64,000 nt of DNA, taken from assembly GCF_009914755.1 (NCBI RefSeq), contig NC_060932.1; one strand, written 5' to 3'. The stretch's first letter is position 1. Every line of letters starts with the position of its first letter. The notes beneath the pieces are model-generated. The model had not been told where the DNA came from, did not search any database, and saw only the letters and a list, made by a program, of their open reading frames with translations. Positions 58,348-64,000 of the stretch are shown piece by piece. The translations under genes and the position numbers were made by a program. Origin of the DNA: the human T2T-CHM13v2.0 reference genome, Homo sapiens.

Positions 58348-60219
58348 CTGGCATGGTGTAATGTAGAAAAAAAAAAAAACAGGAAAGAATGCCAAAATCC
58401 TCTAGCACCTTTTGCAGAAGCATTTCTTCTACCTGATTTTCTAGTGGAACATGTCTAGAATCTCCAGCTCTTTTCCTCTTCTATTCCAGAACTCACCATA
58501 CACCCAAGGGCAGAGAATATCTAGTATTGTATCCACAGCTCTGCAGTCTCAAATTATATGCTTGTATTAACTCTGAGCCTTTCATGATGAGTGCATTCTA
58601 GATTCATAAGTTTGTTTGTATATTCTGATCATAGTTTATTCAATATATCTTTGGAAACATTTATTGGTTTGAATGTGTAACTGTTTCAAATGATCTTCAC
58701 ATCTTGGGAAAACTTGAAAGACTATGGAATTAGGAGTACTTGGCATTTAACTACACATTAGCATCATATAATTATATGATCAGATGTGTACCATCAGCAG
58801 AATTTTGAAAATGAGAGAATTCTGTTTGACATGGGAGAATTTGACTAATATATTTTATAATTTTATAATACAAAATACACTATGAAACTAGAAAACATAA
58901 AAAATAAAGATAAATCCATTACCTAGAAAACTTTCTGTGCTTTGCTGAGAATACTCAGAGCTAGCATTTGTTGAACATTTGCCACTTGCCAGACATGGGC
59001 TAACATCTTTACTGGGGTTATCTCATTTAATCCTCATAGCAACCTTCTGAAACAAGCACTATCACCCTCATTTTACAAATGAGGAAACTGAACTCAGAAA
59101 AGTTAAGCCATGTGCTTTACTCGTAAAGTGAGAATTTCTACAGAGCCTCTGTTTCCCAATTGCATGCCCTTAGCTGCTCTACTGCAATGCTACCCTTCTC
59201 AGCTAATGCCTACCATTCATTCAACAAGGATTTATGGATCCTAAGTGTGAGGTCTATGCAAAGCAGAGAAAAAGTAGCAAGGAACAAGACAGACTTGCTT
59301 TCTGCCTTTTTAATGCTTAAGCTTAGTACATGTAGTTTCTACGTTTGTATGTGATGCATCCTTAAAATGTTTTTAAAAGTCAGACCCAAATTTTGGAAGG
59401 GAGCTTTCTTCCCAGAGAAATAAAAATATTAAACAGTTTAATCTTTTCTTCTGAAGACAATATGGAAAAGCCCTTCACAATATATGCTGTAATTAGCTTA
59501 ATCTTAATGAGTATCTGATTGAAAGTAAATTTGATTTCCTTGACCTTTGAACCAGAATATTTTATAGAATTATTCCCTTTTAGGTGAATGGAGGACTTTG
59601 CTGACTTAACTGCAAACCTAAGCAGTAGGAAAAAAATTGCATATTGCTTTTAAATTGGGGGACTCAATACCCTCCCACCATGAATTTTACTTTGTTAAAT
59701 ATAGGTTAGTACACAATACAATTCATCTTGTTTTCCCCTAAGTCTTCACTACCTTAAAATGACCATAGTGTGCCCGGTTAAGTGTAAATATTAATGGAGT
59801 CTTTCTCATACAATTTATATAGCCTTCACCCAATATCATAATTAAATGTTGATTTGTATACTCACAGTTCTTTCTTCAATCTTCAAAAATTATACAAGGA
59901 TAAGCAACAATAAAATACTTAAATAAATACTTCATGGAAAACAAATAAATCATAGTGATCTTAAAGGGCTAATGCAATAAACTAATCTGATCAAACCGTC
60001 AGTCTTGTAAAATCAATCACATTTGTCTCCCAACAGAAAGACACAGAAAAAAGTTTATAAATGAAATATGTTTTCCATAGGGACTCAACTACAGATTGAT
60101 TTACAAAAATAGTCCCTAAGAGAAAGACTAACTTCATTCTTAAAGAATTTCCACTAAAAAACAATGACAATTCTTTTTCCTTTTGTACTAGTTAAGCAAC
60201 TGGCTGGGTACATGTAAAC

Positions 60220-60549
60220 CTTGCTGAAATAGAGTTGATACTGATCTTTACTGTTTGTCCCTCATTTCAGCATGGAAAAGGACAACAATCCCTCTCATCC
60301 ACAAAGCCTGGGCCAGAGCGTTCTTAAAAATCAATCTGGCTCCAAAGCTCAGGGTGAGGTTTCCATAAGAATGGTGACATCATCAGATTTTTGTTTTTTA
60401 AAATGTAGGCAAAAGTGTTGCCATCCGCATTTATCTCATATTCTAATTGTGAAGGTGTTGCTGCATTAATTGCCATTCCACATATATTCTCTCTGACTAA
60501 ATAGCTAAACGACCATCCAAAGAAATCTGCAAGAACATTTGTTTTACAT
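60220..60549 (-). pseudogene. Candidate decayed exon A (330 nt, one +1 frameshift, one stop)
   Basis: Acceptor tctctcccag|A, then 74 open codons (CKTNVLADFFGWSFSYLVRENICG...WSQIDF). Removing one T from GATTTTTAAG continues the frame as KNALAQALWMRGIVVLFHAEMRDKQ*RSVSTLFQQ. The donor is weak (G|gtttac) and alternatives exist. Confidence 0.45.
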
Positions 60550-61450
60550 CTGGGAGAGATGTGGAGGATGTTGACTTTCAAATGCCTTCAGTACTCCAAG
60601 ACATCTAGTGCATCAAGGGAATGCCAAGGAACATTTGTATTTGTCTTTATTCACATGAATTTAATGAAATCAATTATTTAGAATTTTAGACTGGATGGAT
60701 CCGCAGAGATCATTAGCTCCATGGCTTGAAAATATTTTAGCAATCAAATCCTTTATTTCAAAGGCAACCTGATGAAAAATCCCCAGTAGTTAATATGGAC
60801 ACTAGATAAATCCATTTTACAAGTTCCAAGTACAATATTTACAGATTATTAGGTTATTAGGTTCTGTCAACTTAGTTGGCATATGGATGTCATATGTCCA
60901 TATGGATCCATATACATATGGATGTATAGCCCACATATAGATGCATGTTATTCTATTAAAGTTTTTAAAATATATTTTTAAAAGGAGACCCAAGTCATAC
61001 CATTAGAGGCATTTTTGTAGGATATGACAGCTCCTTAAAACAAAGTTTGAGAACTTCTAATCTAGCTTCATCATCTCATTTGGCAGAGGAGGAAATTGAG
61101 GCCTAGAGGATAAAACGTTATTGCCCAAGAGTACATATTGGCAAAAGTGAAACTCAAACCCATGTCCCCAAAATAATATTAAATTAATTTGTTTGCATAC
61201 ATTCAGCACTCATTTTGTGCTAGGCACTTAACTCATTTACTGCATGTCACTACTATACGATAAATTAGTGCTATAATCCCTATTTTTGCAGAAGTTGAAA
61301 CTTAGAGAGGTCAAGTGATTGACCACATTTACGGGACAAATAAAGACCAGAATCAGAGTTTTTATTGAATACTGTTGAGTTTAACACTCCATGCCAAAAT
61401 GTATATCACAAAACTGAATGTATGATCTAAGAATCTAGAGTTGGGTGAAC

Positions 61451-61580
61451 CTGAGGCTAGAAACCCCAGTCCCTATCCCTGCATCATCCTTGGTGTGCTT
61501 TCAGCTATGCAGATCTAGGAAGAAGTATCCACAGATTGGTGCTGCCTTTCAAATTCCATTTAGCCCAGGACTGGATCTCT
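61451..61580 (-). pseudogene. Candidate decayed exon Z (130 nt, phase 1-2, two TGA stops)
   Basis: Strong acceptor gatttttgtttttag|AG and weak donor CAG|gttcac. The end phase matches the start phase of exon A. Confidence 0.3.
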
Positions 61581-62736
61581 CTAAAAACAAAAATCTTCTG
61601 TATAGGAGCCAACTCTGCCTCTGGCTGTGTCTAGAATTACTGCCAAACTGGAGAAGACACTTGTTTTAAAATTTAAACAAAGACTGTAGATTTGGACAGA
61701 ATTTCATCAATTTTTATGGTGGCATCTGCAGCGGTAATAAGAAAAACCATGTTTCTGAACTGAAATAAATATGACTATTGAAAAGGAAGGGTCTTGTGGT
61801 TTTTAGTGCCAAAACCTTATGAGTATATTTAAATCCTTTATATCTACTGGGTTTCATTCTTACTCTTACTTAATATCCATCATAAATCAAAATGCTCTCA
61901 ATTTTATCAGAGCATTGACTACATGTAGTAATTAGCATTTAAAATCATTATCTGGAAGCCCTGGGGGAAATTTCATAGGTGAGATGATCCAACTTCAGTC
62001 TCCAGCTGACTGTAGGTCAGAAGCACCAAATCACCCTCTATAATTGTACTCAGTTGGTAATCTCATCTCAGCTCATGAGAGGCTCAAGCCAAATTAGGTC
62101 ATATTACCTACTGCTTCTCAGGAATACATTCCAGCCCGGCACAGGTCAAATTGCATGGCCTGAGTGGTGATTACCCAGAGGCTGGCTTTGCTAGAAAGGC
62201 AGCACGGAGCAGAGGTATGGCAGTGAGAAGGGATGCCAGTCCTGAGGGAACTGCAACTTGACTGTGAATTTTCTTAAAACAGCTTTTAAAGATGGACCTG
62301 AGATTTATATTTAAGATTTAAAATCCTGGGCAGAGAAAGAAAACCAAGAGTCTCGATCCTGTAGAAAAGTCTCCACTTCTCAAAATTTAAATGACATATA
62401 TGACGATAGCATTTTAAAAAGCCATGTGTTTTTAAATGTAATAGCTCATAAATAAAACTTTATACAAATAATAATAATCAGAGGAACACAAAAAAGGAGA
62501 AATCCTTGTAATTCTCAAACAACTCCATAGCAGGTACTGTTGGGATCTTCAGATGAAGAAACTGACACAGAAAAGTTCAGTAACTGCCCAAGGCCACGCA
62601 GCTGTTTTTAATATGAGGAGATTAGGCTTGAAACTCTACATGTTTAAGAAAAACACTCCTACAAGTTCTCCTGTACTTGGGAGGAAACTGCCTCGAACCT
62701 TTCTTGCAGAGAACATGGTTCTGAGCTGAACAGGTA

Positions 62737-62801
62737 GGATGCTCAGTCTTATGATGGATGCCTAGTCTTACAATGGATGCCTAGTCTTGTGATGGATGCC
62801 C
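62737..62801 (+). repeat. 19-bp minisatellite, about 3.4 copies
   Basis: ggatgctcagtcttatgat / ggatgcctagtcttacaat / ggatgcctagtcttgtgat / ggatgccc. Confidence 0.85.
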
Positions 62802-62862
62802 TTGTGCTCAAGTCTTTTCTGCATTCATAAAGATGCCTAAGGCAAAGGCCACAAGTTCTTTT

Positions 62863-63265
<403 letters not shown>

Positions 63266-64000
63266 TAAGGGAGAAACGCTGTGGTAATGCTGTTCAGAGT
63301 CCTCTGCCATGTGTAAGTGAACACAAATTATCTAGCAACTCCTTCACAAGTGCCAAACCCTGTACCAAGGAACTTTTCTATTCAGAGAAGTAGACACCAA
63401 TTTTTCCCTAAGACCTTGTTCTCCCAGAGTAAAACAATTGGCTTGGCTAAATAGAGCCTTTTACACTAAAAGCTTTTTTGTATTTATTATCTCATTTTGT
63501 ATTCAAAGCATTGCTGGGAGATGTGCAGAGTAGGTATTCATAATGTCTCAATTTTTGATGGAGTTGAGGTAGGTGGTTTATGTACTTTGAAATACGTTGG
63601 TATAAAGCTTTGTTTCCTCTGTATTATGTACACAGTCTCATGGACAAAGGCATTTGTCAAGTCTCTATGATATTTCTAGAAATACCTTACAGGGCATTAT
63701 GACTATACAAAGTCAGGGTAGGGCAGCAGAATGCCTGTCTTCAAGACTCTCCATCCCAATGCTCAGGACTTGTTATGCTACTCAGACCAGCATCTTTTGC
63801 ACAAAATATTTGTGGAATCATGTGCAAGAAAGGAATAAAAATATTTTGGTTTTAGGCATTTGAAAGCATCAGGTACAATATTAATATGAAATTTTGAGCT
63901 TAGGTGTAGATCAGTTAGTTTAGTGGGTTAAAATATGGGCCTGTTGGACCTGAGGTCTTCACTCTGTCTCTTATGAATCTGCCCAATTCACTCAGAAAGA

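Noticed and set aside
60220-60330. Thioredoxin-like reading of GIVVLFHA
   Set aside because: Only a short hydrophobic-strand resemblance with no CxxC motif, which is not enough for an assignment.
62737-62801. CRISPR-like repeat array
   Set aside because: Eukaryotic DNA with contiguous tandem units, no unique spacers and no cas genes.
63685-63795. Further upstream minus-strand exon candidate
   Set aside because: All three frames look equally plausible and contain stops, and the acceptor is weak. This illustrates the overfitting risk for the exon calls.

Overview
AT-rich, CpG-depleted primate (human or great ape) genomic DNA with no intact protein-coding gene and no CpG island. Much of the window is transposon-derived: a twin-primed (5'-inverted) L1PA carrying an AluY, a near-full-length dead L1PA inside older L1M sequence, six Alus, solo ERV/MaLR LTRs, DNA-transposon MITEs and MIR/L2 relics. 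A 3'-truncated tailless 7SK retropseudogene with an 18-bp target-site duplication (TSD) is clearly recognisable. The most unusual signal is a series of repeat-free, AG/GT-bounded minus-strand segments between about 61.6 kb and 28.5 kb. Several of them join in compatible phases into a protein-like frame broken by stops and 1-nt frameshifts, suggesting a decayed multi-exon gene that I cannot assign to a family. Repeat subfamily names are recalled from consensus sequences, not from a search.
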